Source: Vicinamibacteria bacterium
Lineage (GTDB): Bacteria > Acidobacteriota > Vicinamibacteria > Marinacidobacterales > Marinacidobacteraceae
NCBI GenBank assembly: GCA_964291235.2
Contig: OZ219815.1
Span: 608,001-672,000 of the forward strand
Direction of reading: 5' to 3'
Length of the DNA: 64,000 nucleotides
This document shows, piece by piece, positions 36,772 through 45,074 of the stretch (positions are counted from its first letter, which is position 1; the number at the start of each line of letters is the position of its first letter). The position numbers and the translations under genes were made by a program. A model generated the notes under the pieces. That model searched no databases. It was not told the origin of the DNA and saw only the letters and a list, made by a program, of their open reading frames with translations.

Positions 36772-38328
36772 TCAGTCTCGGATCGAACCTCGGAAGAAGC
36801 TCGGGAGCGAGTCGCCTCTGGCTTCGGGCGCGGCCGCCTCGTCAGCATCATCTGCCTCGGCGGGTTCGGGCTCCCCTTCGCTCGCGGCGGGTTGCTCGTC
36901 CTGCTCTTCGTCCGGCGCTTCGGCTTCCGATGCGGCTTCCAACGGGGGGTCTTCTTCGGACGCGGCAGCCGGCGAAGTCCCGGATTCTTCGGGCTCCCCC
37001 ACAGCCGGCTCGGGCGGAGTCGCCGGCTCGATAACGGGGGGAATCTCCTCCGAGCCGTCCGGCCCGGCCGAGAGCTCCTCGCCCGTCTCCGGGGATTCGC
37101 TTACCGGTTCTTCGCTCCGGGATGTCGGGGTGGCGGCTTCCGCCGCTGCTTCCGGAGCCGGCGGAGGTTCTTGCTCCGGCGCCGGGGCGACCTCCGGCGG
37201 CGCCCCCCCGCCGGCAGCGCTTCGCGAGGGGCGGGCAAAACTGCGGAAGGCTCGGTCGTAGCGGGTCAGCACCGAATCCCAGTCGTGGCGAGACTGCAGG
37301 AACTCGCGGCCAGCGGCGCCCATCCGCGCGAAGAGGGACGGGTCCCGCAGGCCTAGCTCCAGGATCAATTCGAACTCGTCGTAGTTCTGATAGTAGAGAC
37401 CGCCGCCCGAGGTCCGGCAATCGTCGGCAAGTTCCGTCGCGGAGGCGTTCGCCAGGATCGGGACACCGAGGGAAAACGGCTCCGCCGCGGTCGTCGAGAA
37501 GGCGGCGAGCCGCTCGGGGATTACCGCTACCAGAGCCCCGCCGACCGCGTCGAAGCGGGCGCCCGGAGTGTCCGGCTGCACAACGTGGATGTCGGGTCGC
37601 TGGGGGAGGCGCAGGGCCGACGGCCCGATCAGGACCAGCTCCAGCGCGACATCCGGATGGCGGTCCTTGAACGTGGAATAGAACCGCAGCAGTTCCTCGA
37701 TCCCGCGACCCGGCTCCAGCGGCACGGCTGAAATCAGATAGTTCGCGCTCACGCCGGCGCGTCGCCGGAAGGCCGGCACGTCCGCGGTGCGCGGAAGCAG
37801 GAGCGTCCCGGTGACGGTCTCCCGCATGCGACGGTGGACCTGATAACGCTTCAGGACCAGTATCTCCTCGGCTTCGCTTCCAAAGACGAAGGCCGCGGGG
37901 TGTTGAAAGATCTCCGAATTTGCGCCGGCTGCCTCGGCGTCGGCAAACGGCAGCAACACCGCGCGGCGCGGGTCGAGCTTCGCTGCTTCGCGGCAAACGG
38001 ACGATGACCCGAACAACACCACCAGGTCGTAGTCCCCCGACCGGTCGCGCAAATAGGCGAGTAAATCCGGAGAGGTCAGCGAGTCCGCGCCGGTGGAACC
38101 GGGCGGTTTCGCCGACGCTGCGGCCGCGGCCGGAAAACGCACCACCCGGACGCCCTTGTCCTGAATCTCCCCGTCCCTGAACGCCTCTTCCGATGGTCCC
38201 GCCGCCGTGGTCGTGACAACGGTCGTTCGCCAACTGTCAGGCGCCCGGCCGGCCAACTCCGCCGCGAGCCGCTCCGGCGAAGTTGCGTCTCCCGCCCGAA
38301 AGCGGGGAGTTACGAAGACCAGACGCAC
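36772..38328 (-). CDS. GT4-like glycosyltransferase with degenerate motifs and an acidic disordered C-terminal tail
   Basis: VFVTPRF, SPDLLAYL, SGGGLYYQNYDEF, RMGAAGREF...HDW; Glu/Pro/Ala-rich tail. Confidence 0.75.
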   Translation of the reverse strand: MRLVFVTPRFRAGDATSPERLAAELAGRAPDSWRTTVVTTTAAGPSEEAFRDGEIQDKGVRVVRFPAAAAASAKPPGSTGADSLTSPDLLAYLRDRSGDYDLVVLFGSSSVCREAAKLDPRRAVLLPFADAEAAGANSEIFQHPAAFVFGSEAEEILVLKRYQVHRRMRETVTGTLLLPRTADVPAFRRRAGVSANYLISAVPLEPGRGIEELLRFYSTFKDRHPDVALELVLIGPSALRLPQRPDIHVVQPDTPGARFDAVGGALVAVIPERLAAFSTTAAEPFSLGVPILANASATELADDCRTSGGGLYYQNYDEFELILELGLRDPSLFARMGAAGREFLQSRHDWDSVLTRYDRAFRSFARPSRSAAGGGAPPEVAPAPEQEPPPAPEAAAEAATPTSRSEEPVSESPETGEELSAGPDGSEEIPPVIEPATPPEPAVGEPEESGTSPAAASEEDPPLEAASEAEAPDEEQDEQPAASEGEPEPAEADDADEAAAPEARGDSLPSFFRGSIRD

Positions 38329-38329
38329 G

Positions 38330-39133
38330 TCACTTGCCTCCCGCGGCGCCGCCGTTGCCGCCTCGGCGCCCGCCGCCGCGGCTGGGGCGGGGGGATCCCT
38401 GTCGTGAGTTCTGCCGGGCCGGCTGTCCTCCCGTCTGGCGCGATCCCTGACCCGAGCCCTGCCGGTCACGACGTCCCGCGCCCTCGCGGTCCGAGCGGCC
38501 GCCATCGTTGCGGCGCCGGTCTCCGCGTCCTCGATCCGAGCGGCTCCCACGGCCGTCCGAACGTCCGCGCCCGGATTGGCCGCCCCGCTGCGGGGCATCC
38601 GCGCTCGCCGATCCGGAACTGAAGGAGAAGTCGGCGTGGACGCCCAGCCGGCGAAGCTCCGACTTGATCAGGTTCATCTCGAGGCGTGTCAGTTCAAGGT
38701 CTCTGTTCGTGGCCCAGAGGAGCCGGCGGTGGTACTCGTTGATTTCGGCCTGCCGGGAAGCCTGTTCCACGGCGGGGTGAAGATTCACGAGCAGCCGGGT
38801 GACCGGTGTGAACAACCAGCGCAGCAGTCGCGCGAGGCCGAAAGAGGAACTCCGAAACGCCTTCTCCGACAAACGGATGTTCCAGCGGGCGGTGTCCCGG
38901 GAGCGGATCCGCTCCGCGAATTCGTCACTGAATCCGCGTGCGCTGAGCGGCATCAGCATCCGCTTCTTCACATCCGCTTTGAATTCACGTTCGCTCTTCG
39001 TTCCTTCCTCCGCCCGTTCACGGGCAACACGGCGGATGTCCGCCATGATCTTTTCGACGTCCGGCTTCGCGCCGGACGGGGTCTTTGGCGAAGCCCCCTT
39101 CGTGGTTGCTTCGTTGGCTATGGAAATCGCCAT
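38330..39133 (-). CDS. Hypothetical protein with coiled coil and Arg/Gly-rich tail
   Basis: AAGGAG RBS; DVEKIMADIRR, QAEINE; low-complexity RG tail. Confidence 0.75.
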   Translation of the reverse strand: MAISIANEATTKGASPKTPSGAKPDVEKIMADIRRVARERAEEGTKSEREFKADVKKRMLMPLSARGFSDEFAERIRSRDTARWNIRLSEKAFRSSSFGLARLLRWLFTPVTRLLVNLHPAVEQASRQAEINEYHRRLLWATNRDLELTRLEMNLIKSELRRLGVHADFSFSSGSASADAPQRGGQSGRGRSDGRGSRSDRGRGDRRRNDGGRSDREGAGRRDRQGSGQGSRQTGGQPARQNSRQGSPRPSRGGGRRGGNGGAAGGK

Positions 39134-39442
39134 GTGTCTCCTTCGCGCCCGCCCGAGCGGCGGGACTTTGTTGTGCGCGGAGAGGATCAGCAGATTCGGT
39201 GGTGTTGGGTCCCCAGCCGGAACCGGCGGGGGGAGTCTCAGGCACACCTCGCCCGAGAACGATCTGGCGGTGCAGGTATGCCATCACCCGAATTCGATCC
39301 CTTCCGCGAGCGCACTGCCCAAAGAGGCAGCGCACACGGAGAGCCGGAGCGCGCGGGCGGGCCCCGTCAGGTGATGTTCAGAACGAACCGGCCAAAGGAA
39401 TCGACCGTTTCTTCACCTTCCCAGAGGCCTCCCGCGTCGCCC

Positions 39443-39778
39443 TCAAAAGCTCCCGACTGCGGAGTCTTCCGACTCGAAGGTCTCGAATACGGTGACCAGT
39501 TTCGTAATCTGCAGCAGATCCTGCATTCGGGCCGTGAGGTTGAGTAGCTTCACGCTCCCGCCGGCCTGCACCATGCGCGTGTGGCAGCGGACCAACTCGC
39601 CGAGCCCGGCACTGTCCACGTAGGGGACATCCGCCAGATTCAGCAAGAGCTTCCGATTTCCCGCCGCGATCGCACCGCGGACTTTGTCCCGCAGGACATC
39701 ATCGCCTTCACCGAGAAGGATCTTTCCGTTCAGATCCATTACGGTGACACCGTTGTTGCTGCGTTCCGTGATTTGCAT
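39443..39778 (-). CDS. STAS-domain anti-sigma-factor antagonist
   Basis: LLNLADVPYVDSAGLGELV, LLQITKLVTVF; GGAGG RBS. Confidence 0.93.
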   Translation of the reverse strand: MQITERSNNGVTVMDLNGKILLGEGDDVLRDKVRGAIAAGNRKLLLNLADVPYVDSAGLGELVRCHTRMVQAGGSVKLLNLTARMQDLLQITKLVTVFETFESEDSAVGSF

Positions 39779-39982
39779 TTTGCTTCCTCCCTTTCCCGGG
39801 GCTTCGCGGTTCCCGCCATCCCCATTTCCGGGGACGCTGCCACATGGGCGCGCAGGCGTCGCTGGGCGACTGATTCTGTGTACCGGCGGAAACCTTTATG
39901 ACGCCCGCTCCGAGGTCTGTTTCGTTCCCCGCTTGCGGAGGTTCGGACCCGGAGAACCTGAGCGTCGCTTAGACTGGGTATC

Positions 39983-40053
39983 CTAGCAGCCTGTAGCTAA
40001 AGTGACGTGAGCATCGAGAACTGGGCCGCCTGACTTTACTCACAGGCTGCTAA
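39983..40053 (+). mobile_element. Internally deleted 71-bp copy of the 187-bp element
   Basis: CTAG-CAGCCTGT..AAAGTGACGTGAGCATCGAGAAC...TGACTTT..CACAGGCTG-CTAA matches both ends of copies 1 and 3. Confidence 0.8.
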
Positions 40054-40076
40054 CTCCAAACGTAGTCGGGACGAGA

Positions 40077-41039
40077 GTGAGCGGCGGACGCGCAAACCGG
40101 CCGCGGATCGTTCTTCCCGAAAGCCAGGACCCTCGAATCGTCGAGGCCGCCCGGGCACTTGCGGACGATCCGGAACTGGAACCGGTGCTGGTGGGGCGTC
40201 CGGAGACCCCCGCGCTGGACCGGGCAGGCGGTCGCGACGCTGTACAGACGGCAAGACCCCAGGGTGCCGCTCTTGAGCAGGCCACCGATCTCCTCTGGTC
40301 GCGACGCCGGGACCGCGGGATGACGCGGTCCGCGGCTCGGGAAGCGGCGCAGGATCCCCTGGTGTTCGCCAATTTGCTGGTCGCTGGGGGAGAAGCGCAC
40401 GGCGCGGTGGCCGGTGCGGCAACCACCACCGCCGAAGTGATCCGCGCGGGCTTGCTGGCCGTGGGAACCCGACCGGGAGTCTCCCGGGTCTCGGGCGCGT
40501 TCGTGATGGAGTTTCCCGAAGGACGATCCCCCCTGCTGTTCGCCGACGGCGCCGTGATTCCGCGACCGAGTGTCGCGGAGCTGGTCGAAATTGCGCTGCT
40601 CTCCGCGGAGACGGCGCGGGACCTCCTCGGAATGGAACCCCGCGTGGCCTTCCTCTCGTTTTCGACGAAGGGGAGCGCCGACCATCCGGAAGCGCAGCGC
40701 ATGGCAGAGGCGGCCCGACAGGTACGGAAGTTGAACCCCGGGCTCAGCGTGGACGGCGAACTTCAGGCGGACGCGGCGCTCGTCCGTTCCGTGGCGGAGA
40801 GCAAGGCGCCGGGGAGTCCGGTCGCCGGACGGGCCAACGTACTTGTCTTTCCCGACCTGGCGTCCGGGAATATCGCCTACAAGCTGGTCGAGCGGCTCGG
40901 CGGCGCCTCCGCAACCGGACCGATCCTTCAGGGACTTGCCGCCCCCGTGAACGATCTGTCGAGGGGCGCGAGCGTCCCGGACATCATGCGATTGGCGAGG
41001 CTGACCGCGCGCGCGGCGCCGAATCGGGCCTCGCGGTAG
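40077..41039 (+). CDS. pta: Phosphate acetyltransferase
   Basis: [51 protein letters not shown]. Confidence 0.92.
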   Translation: MSGGRANRPRIVLPESQDPRIVEAARALADDPELEPVLVGRPETPALDRAGGRDAVQTARPQGAALEQATDLLWSRRRDRGMTRSAAREAAQDPLVFANLLVAGGEAHGAVAGAATTTAEVIRAGLLAVGTRPGVSRVSGAFVMEFPEGRSPLLFADGAVIPRPSVAELVEIALLSAETARDLLGMEPRVAFLSFSTKGSADHPEAQRMAEAARQVRKLNPGLSVDGELQADAALVRSVAESKAPGSPVAGRANVLVFPDLASGNIAYKLVERLGGASATGPILQGLAAPVNDLSRGASVPDIMRLARLTARAAPNRASR

Positions 41040-41070
41040 GTCGGATGCGGACGGCCAGCGGAAACGTCCT

Positions 41071-41100
41071 TTGACAGTGCCCGAGCCTCCCGCGTATGTT
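41071..41100 (+). promoter_or_regulatory. Sigma70-type promoter of M20 paralog 3
   Basis: TTGACA-18 bp-TATGTT. Confidence 0.7.
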
Positions 41101-41159
41101 CCGAAATGTTGTCCGCAGGGACCGCCCCCGCGGTGACCCGGGCGACGGCGAAGGAGACG

Positions 41160-42827
41160 ATGGCGATGCGCAACCGGAGAGTCTGGACCCTGCTCCCGCT
41201 ACTGCTGGCGGGGCTCTTGCTGGCTGCCTGCGGCGGCGGCCCGGACATGGACGCGGAACCCGCCCCGACCGCGGCGGAGCTCGGGATCCGGCCTCAGGGG
41301 GACACGACGCTCAGTCCGGACATGTCCCGCGTCCCCGAGGAACTCCAGCAGGTGTTCCAGCACATCGACGACAACGCGGACCGGCACGTGATGAACCTCC
41401 GCCGCTGGATCCAGCAGCCGAGCATCTCCAACTCCGGCGAGGGGATCCCCGAGTCGGCCCAGATGGTGAAGGGTTTCTTCGACCAGCTCGGCTGCCAGCA
41501 TTCGCAGGTGTACGAGGTTCCGATGACCGAGTGGGGCCAGCCGGGCAATCCGGTCGTGTACGCGGACTGCGACTACGGCAAGGAAGACACCCTGCTCGTT
41601 TACTGGATGTACGACACGATGCCGATCACCCAGCCGGAGGCCTGGGTATTCCCGCCGTTCGACGGCGAGTTCACCGAGTTCGGCCCCTTCAAGAAGGTGA
41701 TGATCGGCCGCGGCACCACGAACTCGAAAGGGCCCCAGATGACCATGTGGAACGGGATGCACTCGATCTACGAGGTCACGGGATCCATGCCGGTGAACCT
41801 GATCTTCATCGCGGAAGGCGACGAAGAGCGGATGTCCATCGGCCTCCGCCAGTTTGTGCGGGAGAACCCCGAACTCTTCGCCCACGCTGACGCCATGTAC
41901 CGGACGGGGCGTCAGGCGCGGAGCGGAGCGGCCGGCTTCTCCGGCGGCTCCGAGGGTTGCGTTTACATCGAGTTGACCACCAGCGGCGAGAGTTGGGGCC
42001 GCGGGCCGTTGGCATCGAACATCCACGGCATCCACAAGCGTTCGACGGATGCCCCGCTGCTCCGCCACATCAAGATGCTGGACACCCTCATTACCGACGA
42101 CGGGAACGGGGTTCTGGTGCCGGGCTTTTACGACGGCGCGGTGCCGCTGTCACCGGCGGAAGAAGAAATGTTCCGCACCTCGGCGGAGAACCTCGATCTC
42201 GCGATTGCCGCAGAGAACATCGGCGTGGCCCGGTTCATGACGGACGACCCGCTCCAGCACTTGATGAACGCCCGCTACGGCATCTCCTTCAACATGGACG
42301 GCATCTGGTCCGGAAACATGTATCCGGGCGGAGCCGGCGCAATCCTGCCGAACCGGGTCACCTCCAAGCACAACATGCGCTACGTGCCCAACATGGACGG
42401 ACTCGAGATGGTTCAGAAGATCCGCGACTATCTCGACGCGCAGGGCTACGAGGACGTCGAAATGACGATCGTCGGGGACGTGCCCTGGTCGAAGAGCAAC
42501 TACAACAACCCGCTCGCCGACTCGGTCCGGGAGATGCTCTCCATCTTCGGGGTCCGCTACCGCGATCCGATCGCGGAGGACTCCATCCTCGGCGGCGGCT
42601 ACTGGCCGGCCTATCTGTTCAGCGGCCGGGACGGCACCCTGCCGGGCGGGACGGACCTGGCGATGCCGATCGTGGGCGGGGGTGTCGGACACGGCGGCGG
42701 CGCCCATGCCGCCAACGAGTTCTGGGTGATCGAGGGAGCCGGCGAAGTCTACGGAATGTTGGGCGGGGAAAAGTCGGTGGCGACCGTGCTCTACTCCTAC
42801 GCCGGATTGCTGGGCGATTCGAACTGA
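41160..42827 (+). CDS. M20/M25/M40-family metallohydrolase lipoprotein, paralog 3
   Basis: AAGGAG RBS; lipobox LAA-C; YWMYDTMP, GRGTTNSKGP, EGDEE, HAANE. Confidence 0.88.
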   Translation: MAMRNRRVWTLLPLLLAGLLLAACGGGPDMDAEPAPTAAELGIRPQGDTTLSPDMSRVPEELQQVFQHIDDNADRHVMNLRRWIQQPSISNSGEGIPESAQMVKGFFDQLGCQHSQVYEVPMTEWGQPGNPVVYADCDYGKEDTLLVYWMYDTMPITQPEAWVFPPFDGEFTEFGPFKKVMIGRGTTNSKGPQMTMWNGMHSIYEVTGSMPVNLIFIAEGDEERMSIGLRQFVRENPELFAHADAMYRTGRQARSGAAGFSGGSEGCVYIELTTSGESWGRGPLASNIHGIHKRSTDAPLLRHIKMLDTLITDDGNGVLVPGFYDGAVPLSPAEEEMFRTSAENLDLAIAAENIGVARFMTDDPLQHLMNARYGISFNMDGIWSGNMYPGGAGAILPNRVTSKHNMRYVPNMDGLEMVQKIRDYLDAQGYEDVEMTIVGDVPWSKSNYNNPLADSVREMLSIFGVRYRDPIAEDSILGGGYWPAYLFSGRDGTLPGGTDLAMPIVGGGVGHGGGAHAANEFWVIEGAGEVYGMLGGEKSVATVLYSYAGLLGDSN

Positions 42828-42863
42828 CACCGAGCTCGCCTCCCGGAAACCAGGCGGCCCTCC

Positions 42864-42892
42864 TTGACATGGGGGGCCGCGGGGACTAGCGT
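42864..42892 (+). promoter_or_regulatory. Putative rpsU promoter
   Basis: TTGACA-17 bp-TAGCGT. Confidence 0.55.
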
Positions 42893-42973
42893 TCTCGCTT
42901 CCCCTTGGACCGCTCTCGGTCCGGGGTTTCTCATTTTTCACCAGAGCACGAGCGGAATCACACAGAGGATCTC

Positions 42974-43168
42974 TTGGCGGAAATCGTCGTCCAGGAAGGC
43001 GAAACGATCGATGTGGCACTCCGCCGCTTCAAGCGGCGGGTTCAGGCCGAAGACATCATCAAGGAAATCAAGCGCCACTCCTTTTATGTGAAACCGGGCG
43101 ACAAGCTGCGCGCCAAGCGGGCCGCAGCACGCAAGCGGGCCCGCAAGCGTCGGCGTCGTACGCGGTAG
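42974..43168 (+). CDS. rpsU: 30S ribosomal protein S21
   Basis: TTG start after GAGG; AEIVVQEGETIDVALRRFKR...YVKPG. Confidence 0.92.
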   Translation: MAEIVVQEGETIDVALRRFKRRVQAEDIIKEIKRHSFYVKPGDKLRAKRAAARKRARKRRRRTR

Positions 43169-43192
43169 TCGGGCTGCTGCGCCGGCGGCGCC

Positions 43193-44476
43193 GTGCGGGT
43201 TCTGCTGGTTGGAAGCGGCGGGCGCGAACACGCGCTGGCGTGGGCGATCTCGCGCAGCCCTGAACTCGAGGAACTGATCGCGGCGCCCGGTAACCCCGGG
43301 ATCAGCCGACTGGCGCGCCCGGCGCCGGTGGGAGCCGAAGACGTCGGCGGTCTCGCCGGCCTTGCCTCCGCCGAGAGTGTGGATCTGGTCGTCGCCGGCC
43401 CGGAAGCGCCGCTCGCCGGAGGACTTGCCGATCGGCTGGCGGAGCGGGACATCCCCTGTTTCGGACCGCGGCAGGAAGCGGCGCTCCTCGAAGCCTCCAA
43501 GGAGTTCGCCAAGGACTTCATGGGCCGCCACGGAATTCCGACGGCCCGTCACACCGTGGTGCGGGAGGCGAGATCGGCGCGGTCGGCGCTTCGCTCCGGG
43601 GACTATGGCGAGCGGCCGGTGATCAAGGCGAGCGGACTCGCCGCCGGCAAGGGCGTCTTCCTCCCGGCGGACCTCGACGCCGCCGAACGGGACGCGGTGC
43701 GGCTTCTGGAAGGCGGCCTCGGCGAGGCCGGCAAGGCAGTGGTCATCGAGGAGCGGCTCGTGGGGCCCGAACTGAGCGTGTTCGCCATCAGCGACGGAAC
43801 CCGGGCGGTCGGGTGCGGGACCGCGCAGGACTACAAGCGACGCTTCGAGAACGACGAGGGCCCGAACACCGGAGGCATGGGAAGCCTGAGCCCCGGCCTC
43901 GGCGCCGACGCCGCGACCATGGAACGAGTGCGCCGCGAGATCGTGGAACCGACAATCGCCGGACTGCGCGCCGAAGGGCGCGAGTACCGGGGAGTGCTCT
44001 ACGCGGGGTTGATGCTGACCGCGGACGGGCCGAAGGTGTTGGAGTTCAACGTGCGATTCGGCGACCCGGAGGCGCAGACGCTCATGCCGCGGCTGGACTC
44101 CGACTTGCTGCCGCTGTTCCATGGTGCCGCCAGCGGACGGCTACCCGAGACAGCCATCCGCTTCCGGCCGGAACCCGCCGTCACCGTGATCCTGGCGTCG
44201 GACGGGTACCCCGGAGCCTACCGGAAGGGCGTTCCGATCCAGGGACTTCCGGATGCGGTCGAAGTCGGAAACGCCTACGTATTCCACGCGGGAACCCGGA
44301 TGGGCGCGGCCGGAATCGAGACCGCGGGCGGACGGGTGATCGCGGTGACCGGAGTCGGCGCCGACTGGGAGAGCGCGCGAAGCGCCGCCTACCGGACGGC
44401 CGATTCCATTACCTGGGAGAAAAAGGCCTGCCGCCGCGACATCGCGGCGGCCGCAATCCAAAAGGAGACAACATGA
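43193..44476 (+). CDS. purD: Phosphoribosylamine--glycine ligase
   Basis: GSGGREHALAW, GLAAGKGV, GPNTGGMG, EFNVRFGDPE. Confidence 0.97.
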   Translation: MRVLLVGSGGREHALAWAISRSPELEELIAAPGNPGISRLARPAPVGAEDVGGLAGLASAESVDLVVAGPEAPLAGGLADRLAERDIPCFGPRQEAALLEASKEFAKDFMGRHGIPTARHTVVREARSARSALRSGDYGERPVIKASGLAAGKGVFLPADLDAAERDAVRLLEGGLGEAGKAVVIEERLVGPELSVFAISDGTRAVGCGTAQDYKRRFENDEGPNTGGMGSLSPGLGADAATMERVRREIVEPTIAGLRAEGREYRGVLYAGLMLTADGPKVLEFNVRFGDPEAQTLMPRLDSDLLPLFHGAASGRLPETAIRFRPEPAVTVILASDGYPGAYRKGVPIQGLPDAVEVGNAYVFHAGTRMGAAGIETAGGRVIAVTGVGADWESARSAAYRTADSITWEKKACRRDIAAAAIQKETT

Positions 44477-44979
44477 GTTCCACCGGCAACCCCAAAGTCC
44501 TCATCGTGATGGGCAGCCCCTCGGACATCGAGGTCATGCGAGAGGCCAAGAAAGTCCTGCAGTCGCTCGGCGTCTCCTGCCGGATGGGCATCTATTCCGC
44601 GCACCGCACCCCCGCCCGCGCCGCCGCGCTGGCGGAGAGCGCCCGCGAAAACGGGGTGGTCGCGATCATCGCCGGAGCCGGAATGGCCGCTCATCTGGCC
44701 GGAGCGATGGCCGCCCGCACCATTCTGCCGGTCATCGGCGTTCCGCTGGCGGCTTCGCTCAGCGGGCTCGACGCCTTGCTCGCCACCGTGCAGATGCCTC
44801 CGGGGTTTCCGGTTGGAACCGTCGCGGTCGGGAAGGCCGGCGCCCAGAACGCGGCCCACTTCGCGGCGCAGATCGTGGCGCTCAGCGACTCCGCGGTCGC
44901 CGAGCAGATCATCGCGTGGCGCCGCGCCAAGGCGGCCGCCGCCGAAACCGCCTCCGACGAGCTCGAAGCCGAAGACTGA
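44473..44979 (+). CDS. purE: N5-CAIR mutase
   Basis: MGSPSD, SAHRTP, AGMAAHLAG, VQMPPGFPV. Confidence 0.97.
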   Translation: MSSTGNPKVLIVMGSPSDIEVMREAKKVLQSLGVSCRMGIYSAHRTPARAAALAESARENGVVAIIAGAGMAAHLAGAMAARTILPVIGVPLAASLSGLDALLATVQMPPGFPVGTVAVGKAGAQNAAHFAAQIVALSDSAVAEQIIAWRRAKAAAAETASDELEAED

Positions 44980-44998
44980 GAAGCGCGGGGGACCGCCT

Positions 44999-45046
44999 GG
45001 AGCAACGGCCTCCGGCCGGCATCGCTCGCCCGAGGCGAGCGAAACG
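44999..45046 (+). repeat. REP-like palindrome, same family as 7461
   Basis: GGAGCAACGGCCTCCGGCCGGCATCGCTCGCC-CGA-GGCGAGCGAAAC. Confidence 0.7.
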
Positions 45047-45074
45047 CACAGCAGCGTCCGGAGAATTGAAGAAA

